From: Heteronotia binoei
Taxonomy: Eukaryota
Direction: 5' to 3'
NCBI RefSeq assembly: GCF_032191835.1
Contig: NC_083239.1
Span: 56,606,001-56,670,000 of the forward strand
DNA: 64,000 bases
Position 1 is the stretch's first letter. Every line of letters begins with the position of its first letter. Made by a program: the position numbers and the translations under genes. Shown here one piece after another: positions 23,299 through 35,162 of this stretch. The notes beneath the pieces were generated by a model. The model had not been told where the DNA came from and made no database searches. It saw only the letters and a list, made by a program, of their open reading frames with translations.

Positions 23299-24684
23299 AT
23301 GGGGCACAGAGGGAGGGAGGCCGTGGTATCGCTTGGCACTGCCTGCTGATGCCAAGAATCTGGGCAGCCCTTGAGACTCGGAGCAGCCAGTGGGGTGGGG
23401 GCAGGGGAGAGCACTGGTTGCATCAGGGGTGGGTTTTGAATCCTCCGTCTCCCACCACCCACGGGGCACAGCTCTGGGGCTGCAAGGTCCCTCCTCTGCA
23501 GGGACAGCTGAAAATGCAGATCATATTCTGCGTGGTGGCCGAGCAAAAGCGGATCTGGTGGGAAAGGATGCGTGCTGCCTTGCTCCTTCTTCGTTGCTCC
23601 CCTGGCACAGGCTCTCCCCGCCACCCCCAGCAATGGCAGGGACGTCAGAACCAGGCAGCAGGGCTTCCACACACACACACACAGGCTGGAGCAGGAGAGA
23701 TTCTGCTTTTCAGTCTTGAATATTTTGCTGTCTCCTGCAAAACCAAACCAGATACCAGCTCGTTTCTGCAGACGTTAAAAAGGCCTCTCCTATGGCATCT
23801 CTTCTGGCTAACTCAGCTCTTTGGCCCCGTTCCCATGGTGGGCAGTGGCTGCCTAAGGAGTCAAAGCTCTTCTTGCGCAGACTGAGGTCCTCTTGATATC
23901 CATGCCTTAGTACTTTCCGGAGCAGGCTACTACCATGCCCACTCTAGGAGACTACCCTTGAAGGCTGCACCAAACTGGCTGGAGCAAAATGCTGCACTCA
24001 CCCGGCACACACCTACTGGTGGTGACCCCGTGCTAACTCAATCGCACTGGCTAGTTGCAGCTTTCCCAGGCTGCCTTTGAAGCCCTACAGAGGCTGTGCG
24101 GTTGGTTCAGGTCCAAATGCATGACCCCCCTCCCCCAAATCCGGGGGCGGTTGGAGAGGCGCTCCTTCAGGGAGCCACCTCTGGGCTGCTTCGGAGGAGG
24201 GGGGAGCCCTGCTGTCCCACCCCCCACCCCGGAGATGCTGCATCAGGACATGTTTTTCGGGGGGGGGGCAGGGAGAGGAAGCTTTTGTTTCGTTTGGGAT
24301 TCCTTTTGACGTAGCAACTGGATCGGGTCCAGGAGCCCCTGAGAGACCAACAAGATTTCGGGAGCAGGAGCCCTTCCTCCCAGCATCAGCTCCCTTGTCC
24401 GCCCAGCTTTTGAGGACTCTCGGAAGCTCCTCCCCCTCGGAACCTGGGGGGGCTCCAGCTGTTCTCTCAGGCAGGCCACGTGGCCACCTTCTGCAGCCTG
24501 TGACGGGAGCTGCTTGTGGTGCCATTTTCTGCTGCTGTGCCAGATTAATTTTTTCATTGCTGCCATGTTTCATTTCTCGTGGGCTCCCTGCGCCCTTCAG
24601 ACCCGTGCGTGTGTCAGGCTGGACCTGCGGTGGCCCCTCTCCCCACAAGCCCTCCCCCCACTTGGCCAGAGCACGTCCTGTTAC

Positions 24685-26362
24685 CTGCTCAGCGGGGGAG
24701 AGCATCAGGCCCTGGAAGAGGGCAGGGTCCTCCCTGGGGTGGGGCTCTGGCGGGGGGGGACATGGGGCTCCTGTTCCTTGCCTTCTTCTCCATGTCCTGG
24801 GGGGAGGCCTTCCCCAGCAGAATCAGGTGGTCGTAGCTGTGGTCGGATTGGGTGTGATGGGCGGCCTTCCGGTGCTTGGGGCTGCTGTGCCGGTTTCTGT
24901 AGTAGGCCGGGATGGGCTCCTGCTCGTGGTGCAGGCGGAAGTTCTGGTGGGCAGGGGCTTTGCGCCGGCTGGAGGCTGCCTCGGGGGGTCCAGAGAGGGG
25001 CTTGTGAAGCCCCTTGCTGGCTCCTTCTCCTTCCCACGCGGCGAGGGCCAGATCCCGCCCTGCCTCGGCCAGGCTGAGGTCGTCCATTTGGCTGGTGGTG
25101 TTCTGGACGCTGGTGGGAGCGCTCTCCCCCTCCCCCTCCTCCTCTTCCTCCTCCTCCTCCTCCAGGAAGGGCTCCCGGGTGGCGTAGAAGCGCTCCTCTT
25201 CCAGGGCGCCGTAGGGCTGCAAGCCCTTGTCTGCCTCCAGCTTGCTGTGGTTGGGCAAGGACTGCTCCAGGCTCCGCAGGCACAGCTGGTAGTACTGGGT
25301 GAGGTCGTAGTTCCGCTCGAGCGGCTGGGTGGTGATGTAGGGGTGCTTCAGAGCCGCACTGGGGGTGATGCGCTCGTGAGAGTCCCAGGTCAGCATCCTC
25401 TTGATGAGCTCCACCATGCTGCGGAGGTCAAAGTATTCAGCCGAGGCCTCGGGGTCCGGGTAGATCATCTTGTGGGCGTTCAGCGTCTCCAGCTCATCCA
25501 GAGACTTCAGCACGTACTTCCTCCTCTCCACAGACTTCACCTTGGTGTCCGCCAGGTACTCGGCTGGCGTCTTCAGCTGCCAGGCGTTGGCCCCCTCCTG
25601 ATGCTGGCCCCTGTTGAAGAAAAGGTGGGCCTTCCTGGCTGCGTTGAGGAGGGTGGGCCGCGGCATCCCTTGAGTCTCGCTGATGTACCGGACCTGGTCG
25701 TATTCGTTGTTCCCGGGGTACAGGGGCCACCCGAGGTGGAGCTCAGCCATGATGCACCCCAGGGACCAGACGTCTACTTTCTCACAGAACGGCAAGCCCA
25801 GCAATATCTCTGGGGCCCGATAGAACCGGGACTGGATATATGGCTCTTTGACGTAGCGCACCTCGTTGAAGATGCTGGCTGAGCCAAAGTCGATCACCTT
25901 GACGTAGAAGGGGTACCTCACGTGGTCCACCAGCATGATGTTCTCGGGCTTCAGGTCTGCGTGGATGATGGAGAGCTCTTTCAGCTTGGCCAGGGCCCTC
26001 AGCACCTGCATGGTCACTGTGCGGATGTGCCGGACTGGCAAAGGGGCAAAGTTGTTTTCTTTCTGGAAGTCAAAGAGGTTCTGCTCCAGGAGCTCAAAGA
26101 CGAGGTAGAACTTGAGCTCATCGTGGAAGCACTCGTGGAACTGGATGATGTGGGACTCTTCCGCGTCCACCTCGACCATGGTCTGCAGCAGCTTCAGCTC
26201 GTTCTTGATGATTCTGCTGCGGTAGGAGTCGTTCTTCAGGATCTTGATGGCCACCATCTCCCCGGTGCTCCGTCTCCAGCTCTTCACCACTTCCCCAAAC
26301 GTGCCCTTCCCCAGGGTATCAAACACATCGTAGTAGTCAGACATCGTTTTGATTGTGACCAT
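24685..26362 (-). CDS. HIPK4: Homeodomain-interacting protein kinase 4, large first coding exon (whole kinase plus most of the tail). One apparent +1 frameshift at the G8 run 24752-24759; about 617 aa with the last exon after correction
   Basis: MVTIKTMSDYYDVFDTLGKGTFGEV, VAIK, HADLKPEN, VKVIDFGSAS and KEPYIQSRFYRAPEILLGLPF are near-identical to HIPK4. Tail motifs MDDLSLAEAG, EPIPAYY and SYDHLILLGKASPQD match the HIPK4 tail. Donor GAGCAG|GTAACA at 24685/24684. Confidence 0.95.
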
Positions 26363-27551
26363 CGTTCGGGGCTTGCCCACGGTCAGAAACACAGGCGCAA
26401 AGTAGCTTCTTGCAAACAGAGGTTCAGCGTTCTTGGAGCAGAGAGAACCCCGGCCCTTCTCCGGAACAGCGGGTGATGTAACAGTCAGCTCAGTTCCAAA
26501 GTTGCTACGCTGAGAGGGTTCTGTTGTGGAAGTCGGTGGCCTCCCCCTCTCGGGAGCTGATGGCCGGGCTTCCTCTCCTGCTGGGGCAGCCTGGGTCGAG
26601 CCCCCCCAGCCCCTTCCCTGCAGCTGCTCCTTTCAAAGACCCCTCCTCAGGCAGGGACCACAACCTTCTCCCTGCACCAGCATTTGGAACCCACACAAGT
26701 TCAGAGACTACCTGCTCTCTGGGGAGCTCATAATATCTCTGGATGCAGGTGGGGCGCTCTTGCCCATAGTTTATTCCCTTCCCCCCTTTCAGAAGGTGGC
26801 TTGACTGAGCTAAGGCGGCCCCCAGCCCCTGACCCCTTTCATTCCTGCTGCTTGAGGGGGGTTGTGCCATTTTGTTCCTGCAATCTGGAGAAGAGTGGCG
26901 GGAGAGGATTCCCACGAGAGCTGCTGCTTCTGCAGAGGTGGGAGCTTTTAGCCCAGAAACATCCAGGGGCTGGCACCAGGGAGCTGCCCCCACCCGGCTC
27001 ACCCCCCACCCGGCCACAGTGGGGCAGGCTGAGAAGACCCTCTTGCGTCCCCTGTGCCTTTGGGAGGGAGAGGTGGGGTGGGGGCGCCCTCAAAGCAAAG
27101 CCAGGCAGGGCAAGAGAGCTTGGCACCGGTCTCTGCAGGGGAGCGGACGGGAGGCAGCGTGGGGGGCTTTTGTGGTCAAAAGGCTCATCCCATGGAAGGC
27201 CTAGGAAGCACTGTGTCCTTCCCCATCGGGGGAGACAAGGGGGCCCCATGACCAAAGGCTTCCGGTGGGCCAAACCCTGTGAGAGGGGGCCAGGGCCCCT
27301 CCTGGCTGTGCTGTGAGGCTCAAGGGGGAGGAGGCCTGCCCTGGTGGGGCCTGGGTGCTAGACCCTCTCCCCCAATGAGCTTCTGCTGGCTGCCCCCCTG
27401 CCTCCTGGGCTCCAGGGGCTGCTGTGTCCGAGGGAGGGGGGGAGGCAGGCAGACTCTGTGCAGGGCAGTCCTCCAGTGCGTGCCCCCCCCCCCCCCGCAC
27501 ACGACTGGCAAAGACAATGCAAAAGGCAGCCAGGTTAGTCCACAGATTAAT

Positions 27552-27557
27552 TTTATT
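27552..27557 (-). terminator. Candidate PRX polyadenylation signal
   Basis: AATAAA on the minus strand about 900 nt after the PRX stop. Confidence 0.55.
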
Positions 27558-28468
27558 CAAACCCAGACAGGGAGGTGGAAGGAGACGGCCTCCAGAGATT
27601 CACAGAACAGCCTTCTTTTTGAGAAGTGATTCACGAGATACAGGCCTGCCTTGTTAACAGATTAGGCTGAAAGACTTCCGGACATCTCAAAAGCCACAGG
27701 GAATTCCCCCTCTCCCCTCCCCCCCTTCCTTCAGCTGCTGGAGGCAGGACCGACCCCCCACCCCACCCACCCACACACACATACTTGCTTTCCAATGCAA
27801 ACAGCCCTCTTGCCTTTGGGGAACCTCACAGAGACATTTCATAGTTGCAAGACTGGAGCCACTTAAATGCCCCTTGAAAATTAAGCCCTTAGTCCTTTTG
27901 CAGGAAAAAACAAGGGGGGGGGGAGTGCTTCTCATTCCAGCCAAAATGGGGCTTCCAGAATTACCATCCTGAAGGGAAGGAGAGAAAGGGGGAGGGAGGA
28001 AGGGAGTGGCTGGGAATGGAGAGCTTTGCCTACTGACAGCACTAAAGACCAGGCCAGCCCCCTTCAAAGAAACCCCCTTAAGTGAGCTGGGAGGGAGATG
28101 CCTGCTGCTGCCCCTCTTCCTCTCCCCCTGCCCTCTCCTTCTGCTTTAAAGGAGCAGGGTTGTTAAGGGAGTGGGGGGCAAAGGAGGCTAGCCCTCCAGC
28201 AGCTGTGATTAGCAGACAAACTTCCTAGCGTCAGAGAGAGAGAGAGAGAGAGAGCAAGAGAGACGTGCCACACACTCCCTGGGGCTTCTGCCCGGGCCCT
28301 GAAGGTGACACAGAGCCCCAAGACTGTGCCTGGCTTCTCCAGAAGACAGACCTCCCTGGAGGTGGGGGGGGGGGGCACCCACCCAGTCAGATTGCCTCCC
28401 CCACCCCCGACCTGTGGTTAGTGCTACATCTTGGGGGTGGGAGGGCAGCGGTGGGGCTCCTGCCCTCC

Positions 28469-31400
28469 TCACACGGCAGCTGTGGCTTCCCCCTTGCCTC
28501 CGGCTGGGGGGCTCCCTCCTCCAGCCTCCTCTGAGAAGCCCACCTGGGGCAGGTGGACTTTCTGCCCCTCCAGGCTGGCGATCTCCAGCCCCCCGCGGGA
28601 CTTGGGGCTCAGGGCCACCTTGGGGAACCTGAACTTGGGGGGCTTCTCCGCCTCTCCCGGGGCAGGCACCCCGTTCCTCTTCTTGAAGCCAGAGAAGGTG
28701 ATTTGGGGGGGCCTGAACTTGAGGGCGGCAAAAGGGCCCGGCCCCTCCGAGGGCCCCACCAGCTGGAGGCTGAGCTCCGGGTCGCTCTGGGCCACCGTGG
28801 GGGAGGGTGACGAGAGCTCCAGCTGGGGCAGGCGGATCTTGCCCAGCTTGCCATCCTCGGCCCCCTCCCCCTTGGAGAAGCCCACCTGGGGCAGCTGCAT
28901 CTTCTCCCGCCCGCCGTCCTCCTCCTCCTCCTCTTCGCTGCCTGTCTTCAGCCTGGCGAGGCCCAGCTTGAACCTGCCCATCACCCCTTTGCCACCCGCC
29001 TCCTCCTCTCCCTCCAGCAGCCCGGAAGAAGAAGAGCCCTCCGCCCCCCTCCCTTTGGGCCTGCCCAGCGCAAAAGCTGGCCTCTTGGCCTTGGCCTCCT
29101 GCCCCCCCGCCCCCTCCCCGGCTGCTTTGGGCAAGGACAGCTCGAACTTTGGGATCTTCACCTTGTACTTCCTGCCTGCCTCAGCGCTGAGGGTCTCCCC
29201 TCCGCCTCCCCCCGGACTCCTCTGGCCATCTCTTCTGCCGCCAGCCATTTCCAGCTCCTGGGAGCCCCTGCTGCGGATCTGGGCCCCCTCCACCGCATAC
29301 TCCGCGTGAGTTTTCAGGCTGGGAGCTGCAAGCTCCAGCCCAGGCACGTGGAAGGCGGCTTTCTTCCCCTCCGGGCCAGGGGGAGTGGCAGCGTCCTGCC
29401 CTCCCCTGGGGATTGACACCCCCAGTGCTGGCATCTTGATCTTGGGCACCTTCAGCCAGCCCTCGCCCTGCAGACCTTCGGCACTTGCCAGTTTCCCCGC
29501 TTTGACTCTGGCCTCCCTCTGGCCGTCCTGATCGACAGAGAAGCCCACCTCCGGGAGAGCCATCGGGGGCACGGAAGGGCAGAGGGGCTGGGTGTCTGCC
29601 CTGGGCTCCCCGCCCGCCTTGGAGAGGCTCAGGGAGGGCATCTGCAGCTTGAACTTGCTGTCGGGGCCAAGAGCGGCCCCCTCCTCCTCCCCTGCCAGAG
29701 CCACGCACAGCCCAAAGCTGCTTGGGGGCACTTCTGGGCCCAGCCTCTCAGCGCTCCCTCCAAGTTTGGGGACCTTCAGCTCTAGCTGGGGCAGGCCGGT
29801 TTCCCCCTCCCCTGCCCCCTCCCAGCTGGGGCCTCTGACTCTGGGCAGCCGGAGGCCTCCTTCCTGCTCGGGGTCTCTCGCTTGAGGGCTGCAGAACTTG
29901 GGCAGCTCCACCGAGGGCATCGGGAGGGCCTTTCCTCCCTCCCCTGGGAGCTGGGCGCTGGGCAAGGCGAGGTCCACTTGGGGCACTCGGATCTGCTCTC
30001 CCCCTCCTCCTTGGCTTGGCAGCTGCGCCTCTGCGGCCTCCCCCCTCCCAAACCTGGGCAGCTGGATCTTGGCCTCTGGCCCGACTGTGGGCAGGCGGAG
30101 GTCCAGCTCTACTTTAGGGGCCGAAAGCTGCAGGGAAGGGGCTTGGGGAACCTTCAGCTCTGCCTCGGAGGCCTCTGCCCGGGGCCTCCCTGGAGCTGGC
30201 TCCGCTTTGGTTGCCGTGCCCGGCAGGGCCATCTCCAGTGAGGGCACCTTGACCTTGAGGCTGGGGCTCTCGGCCCCCATGAGCGGGGCCTCCTCCGCTT
30301 TGGCCTCCGGGAGGCCGATCGTGGGCAGCTCCACCTGGGGGAGGAGCCCTTGGCCCAGCTCTGCCTTGGGAGAGGGCAGCTTCAGCTTAGGCAGTCTGAC
30401 CTTGGACTTCTCTTTGGGGCTCTCAGCCCCCTTTGTGGCCCTGCCCTCCCCGCTGAACAGCCCCACTTTGAACTTGGAGGCCTTGGCCCCCCGCTCGCCC
30501 AGCAGGGCCTCCCCTGTCTCCAGCTCCACGGGGCCCTCCTTGCCTCTGCCCCCCAATCTGGCCAGGGAGAACTTGGGCATCTTCCAAGGGCTGTCTGGGA
30601 GCTCCAGGGTGCCTTCTTCGTCAGGAGAGTCCGCTTTGCCCGTGGGCAGGCCGATGCCCAGCTTGGGTGCCTCAACGTCCACCGTGGGCAGCGGCAGGGA
30701 GGGGAGCTTCATCCTGCTCTCTGCCGGCTCTTCCTCAGCACTTCTTCTTCCCTCCCCTGAGGCTGGCTTGGGGCCCTCAGCATCTGCCCCCCCTTTGGGT
30801 TTGGGGAAGGAGAGCCCAAACTTGGGCATCTTCAGCTTGGGCCCTCGCTCTGCTGCTGCAGCGGCCTCGGGGGGCCCAAAGAGCTCCGTGCCCCCCACTT
30901 TCCAGGCCTTGGGGCCAGAAAGGCTGAACTTGGGGAGGGCAAATTTGGGCAGCTTCAGCTTGGCTTCTGCCTCGGGGGACTGGCCCCTCTCTGCAGCCAC
31001 CTGGGGGAGCTTCACGGCGGAGACTTCCACCGAAGGCAGCTTCAGCCCTCTGCCCTTGGCTGGCCCTTCCAATTCTGTCACGGCAGCTTCTGCGCCGTCC
31101 TCTTGGCCCAAAGCGAGGCCCACCTGGGGGATTTTGGCGACAATGTCTCCGACCCCCAGCCCCTCGGTGGCCTCCCCGCCTGGCTGCTCCGCCCTGCAGG
31201 TGGGCACGCAGATCTCGACGGCCAGCTCTTGGCTCAGGGCTTCCAAGGAAGGCACTTTCAGCTTAGCCTCGGCTCCCCCCGGGGGGTGACCAGACCCGTC
31301 GGCCTTGGGCAAGCCAAGTTCGATCCCCACTCTGGGCACATCCAGCTCCAGGGCAGGCGCAGCGGCCGGAGGGAAACTCAGCCGGGCGGCAGGGAGGGCC

Positions 31401-34400
31401 AGCTCCACCTCTGGCCTGTCCACACAGAGGCCCAACTCTGGCTTCAGCACGTGGGAGACTGTGGGAAGCTGCACTCCCAGGGGCTTGGTGGCTGGCAGGG
31501 AGAGACTCAGGGCAGGGCCCCCTCCTTTCCCAACGGCTTCGCCTTCCAGCTTCTTCGGCACGCGGGGCGGGGAGGGTGTCCCCTTGGCAGGGAGGCCGCT
31601 GCTTTTGGGGAGCGACACTTGGGGCATGTGGAGCTTGAACCGCGGCCCTTCGGTGGCCTCTTCGGGCTTCACCTCTGGGGCTGCCGGCCCCCCCAGGGCC
31701 TTTGGAAGCTGCATGTCTGCGATTTTGGGGGCGGAGATGTCGAGGGAGGGCACCTTCAGGGCAAGGCTTCTCGACTTACTCTCTGCCGGGGCCTCTCTGC
31801 CCTCTGCCCTGCGCTCCGTCAAGGCCTTGGGGCTCTCCCGCTTCCCCACAGAGAGTTCTACTTGGGGCACTCGGCTCTCCTCTTCCACCTCCACCTCTTG
31901 GGGCTTGGAGCCCAGCTTGGGCAGGCTGACCGTTGGCACCTTTATGGAGAGCTCCAGGGCCTGCATTTTTGGCTTTGGCGCCTCAGCTTCCGCCTTTCCC
32001 CTGGGCAGAGGGATCTCCACATCTACAGGAGGGAGCCCCACATCCAGGAAGGGCATCGCCGCCTTCTCCTCTGGTCCCCCCTCGGCCTTGCCCCTCCCCT
32101 TTCCTAGGACGACCCCCAGGAGGGCTGGCTTCTGCTCCGCCTCTTTGGCCTTGGGGACTCTGATCTTGGGGGCCGCTTCTGGGCTTCCCTCTAGCCCGGG
32201 AAGGCTCACGGCCACATTGGGGGCAGCCACTTCGGCCACCGGGACCCTCAGCCCCGCCAGGAGCCTCTCCGGAGGGGCCTCTGCTGCAGGGCTGCCTTGG
32301 GGCAGGACGAGCTCCACCTGGGGCAGGACGTGGCCTGCAGGGCCTTCACGGGGAGACCCTCTGCCGGGCCCCACTCTGGGCAGGGGGAGGTCGAGTTCCA
32401 CCTGCGGGGCCTGGAATCCTGCCTCCTCTTTGGGCTTCTTGCCTTTGGAGAAGGGGATGTTGAACCTGGAGGCTTTCTCCGCAGCAGCCTTTGGCGGAGC
32501 CCCATCCAGCCGCCCCGCTGCCCTCGCGGCCAGGGCCTCTTTCACCTTCAGCCGGGGGAGCTTCAGCTTGCGGCGCTTGGTCTCCAGGGAGGAGAGGAGA
32601 GGAGAGAGGTCCAGGCTGGGCTGGGCTGCTGCAGCTGCCACCTCTCCGGCACGCCTGGCCTTGCGCAGCTTGGAGAACTTGGGCAGGGAGAACTCCACGT
32701 CCACGGGGGGGCCCCCCTCCAGCTTGCTGCCCCGGGCCATGCCTTTCCCGGCCTTCTTCCCAGCCTTCGTCGTCGTCTTCTTCTTCTTCTTCCTCAGGGA
32801 GGTCAAGCTCCGGATGTTCTGGAGAAAGAAAGAGGGGCTGGGTGAGCCTGCTTGCCTGCCCAGTGGGGAGCGGGGGACTGGGTGGGTGGGAGGAGAAGGG
32901 GCCCTTGGAGTGGGTGCAGGACCCTGCTGCCCAGGTGGGGAATGCACAGGAAAGCAGCACTCTAACACAACTCCCTGGAGCGTCCCTGTCAAGGCGGGTG
33001 GAGGGCAGGCTGCTTCTTGGCATCACTGTGGCCCCACACAGACCACTCGGGGCTCCCTGGAGGGAACAGTGCTGGACCAGAGTGGGGATTGCTTTGGCCT
33101 CACGGAGACCCTTGAGCCCACCTGCACATGCTCGCTCTGTCTCTCTCTCCCCCCTCTCCCCTGCTTCACAGGGATGTTGTTGTAGGAGGAAAATGCAAGA
33201 AGGGAGCTGCCTACACTGAGCTGCTTCGGAGGAAGGGTGCGACAAAACCTCAGCAGAGGAGTAGCTTGTTGCCCCTGTCCTTTGAGCGCAGGCTGCTGTT
33301 TCCAGGTGTGAGCAGAAAGCCCCCCTGGGAAGACCATGAGCAGGGAGAGCAAAGGGCGGCCTCAGAAGGGGAACCTCCTTGGCCAGAAGCTGCTGCTGTT
33401 TTGTTCGTAAAACCTGCCTCTTTGCTGACATCCTCCAGTCCAGAGGCCGTTCAGGGATCCAATAAAAAGAGTCAACAATAAAACGCTTTTTAAAAACCCA
33501 CAGCACGGAAATCCTGAAGTTACTTTTGAAATATTGCTTGAAGAAGGCTGGCTTCAAAGCCAAGGCAACATCAGTGCCAGAGGGGGTTTCAAAGCCAGGG
33601 GGCCACCAGAATAAAGGCCTCGCTCTCTTTCTGCCAGCTTTAATCCCAGGGGAGGGGAAGCCTCTAAGGAAGATCTGTGCCCTCAGACGGGTCCATAAGG
33701 GAGACAGTCATCCCTCAGAGAGCCAAACTGGCCACAGATGCAAGTGTTTTGGGAGAGGATGGCCACGGCCTACCCCCTAGCAGCCTGGCTGCCACATTCC
33801 GAACTCTCTTCAAGGGCTGCCCTATCTACAACTCACTGCAGCTGTCAAGCAGCAAGGAATCGGGATCAGAGAATCAGACTAGGAGCTCTGAGTTCAGATT
33901 CCCTCTCTGCCATGGATGGTCTTGCCCCCCGCCCCCCAACTGGCTGGGAAGAGAAAAGAGAGGGGAGGGGGCCCACGAGAGCTGTTCCGGGTCTTCACGG
34001 GGGAGAAATGCAATGAAGTCCTTGGGCCAGTCTTCTGCAACACCACCTGGGGCCAGTGGGGGGGGGGGGTGGCAAGGAGCAGCAGCTGGGGGGCAGGAGT
34101 TCTCAGAGAGTTGCCTTCAAGGATTTCTGCGCCACTAACCAGCTTGGCCATTTTAGCTTTTGGCCCCCGCACTTCGAAAGTGGGGGCTGCGGGGCTGCGG
34201 GTCACGTCGGTGCCAGGGACAGTCCGCTTCAGCAGGAAAGAGACCTTGTAGGGCTCGGCGCTCTTGAGGATCTGCAGGGCGTCTTCATACTTCATGTTGT
34301 CGAAATAAACCCTGGCGCTCAGGAGCTGGTCACCTGCGGAGGGGGGGGGGGGAGAGGGGTTGGGCCCTCAGAAACTGGCCCCTTCGGAGCCCAACGAGAA

Positions 34401-34917
34401 CCGGAGCAAAACCCTCAAGGGCTGTGACTGGGGACCACACCTGCGACTTCTGCCTCTGAGCCACGGGCCCTCCCTGGAAAGGGGCTGCTGCAGATTTCTT
34501 TTCTTTTTTGGGGGGGGGGGGCTTGCTCAAGACCAGTCAAGTCCAGGAATTAAGCCCCTGCCCCCCTTCAGAACTGCCTAGGACTGTCAGCTCTGGGCAG
34601 GCAAATACGGAGAGGTTTGGGGGCGCCTCATGCTGTGAAGCCAATCCTCCACAGCTGCCATTCTGTCCAGGGGAACTGACCTCTGTCACCTGCAGTGGAA
34701 GGTCTCCAGGCCCCACCTGACCTGGCAGCTCTGAGGCTGTCCCCCCAGGAGCCTTACCTTCTCTGAGACTCCAGGCCTGGGCAGCCGGGGAGCCTCTCAG
34801 CACATCCTTGACAAAAAGGCCCTGCTTCCCTCCTCCAGCCACGCTCAGCCCGGTGACCCCCGCCTCGGCCTCTGTCTCCACAATGACCTCCAGGAGCTCA
34901 GACGTCCCCACGGTCTT
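28469..34917 (-). CDS. PRX: Periaxin (L-periaxin) core: PDZ exons 34758-34917 and 34140-34333, giant exon 28469-32818 (1450 codons)
   Basis: [33 protein letters not shown]...REG|[32 protein letters not shown] (PRX/AHNAK PDZ); basic NLS region LRKKKKK...[14 protein letters not shown]; many P-x-V/L-E-L type repeats; acidic stretch; C-terminus EATAAV*. Splice phases are consistent. Confidence 0.96.
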
Positions 34918-35015
34918 CTGGAGGGGGAGGGGGAGAAGGAAGGTCGGTGCTCCAAGCCCCAGAGCCGCCCCGGCCCCTCCCCCTGTGGCCCCAGACTGCC
35001 AGTCTCCAGCCTCAC

Positions 35016-35162
35016 CTCCATCTTGCGGAGCTCGGCCTCCAGCCCCCCGGCAGCCCGGGCTTCCTCCTCCTCCTCCACTGCCGCCTCCTCGGAGCTGGCC
35101 CGGCTGGCCCCCTTCTTCTCCAGCACCCGCTTCAGCTCTGCATGCAGCTTCTCCTTCTGGGC
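35016..35162 (-). CDS. PRX: Putative additional in-frame PRX coding exon (AQKEKLHAELKRVL...AELRKME)
   Basis: Acceptor CCCGTCCCTTCCAG|, donor GAG|GTGAGG, 147 nt, phase 0-0, no stop; splices in frame to the PDZ exon; coding-like composition. Confidence 0.75.

Noticed and set aside
24395-26476. Plus-strand ORFs of 495 aa and 184 aa
   Set aside because: Antisense shadows of the HIPK4 coding exon.
29898-33185. Long plus-strand ORFs (463 aa at 29898-31289, 626 aa at 31305-33185)
   Set aside because: Antisense shadows of the GC-rich PRX giant exon; Ser/Gly/Ala-rich with no recognisable domain.
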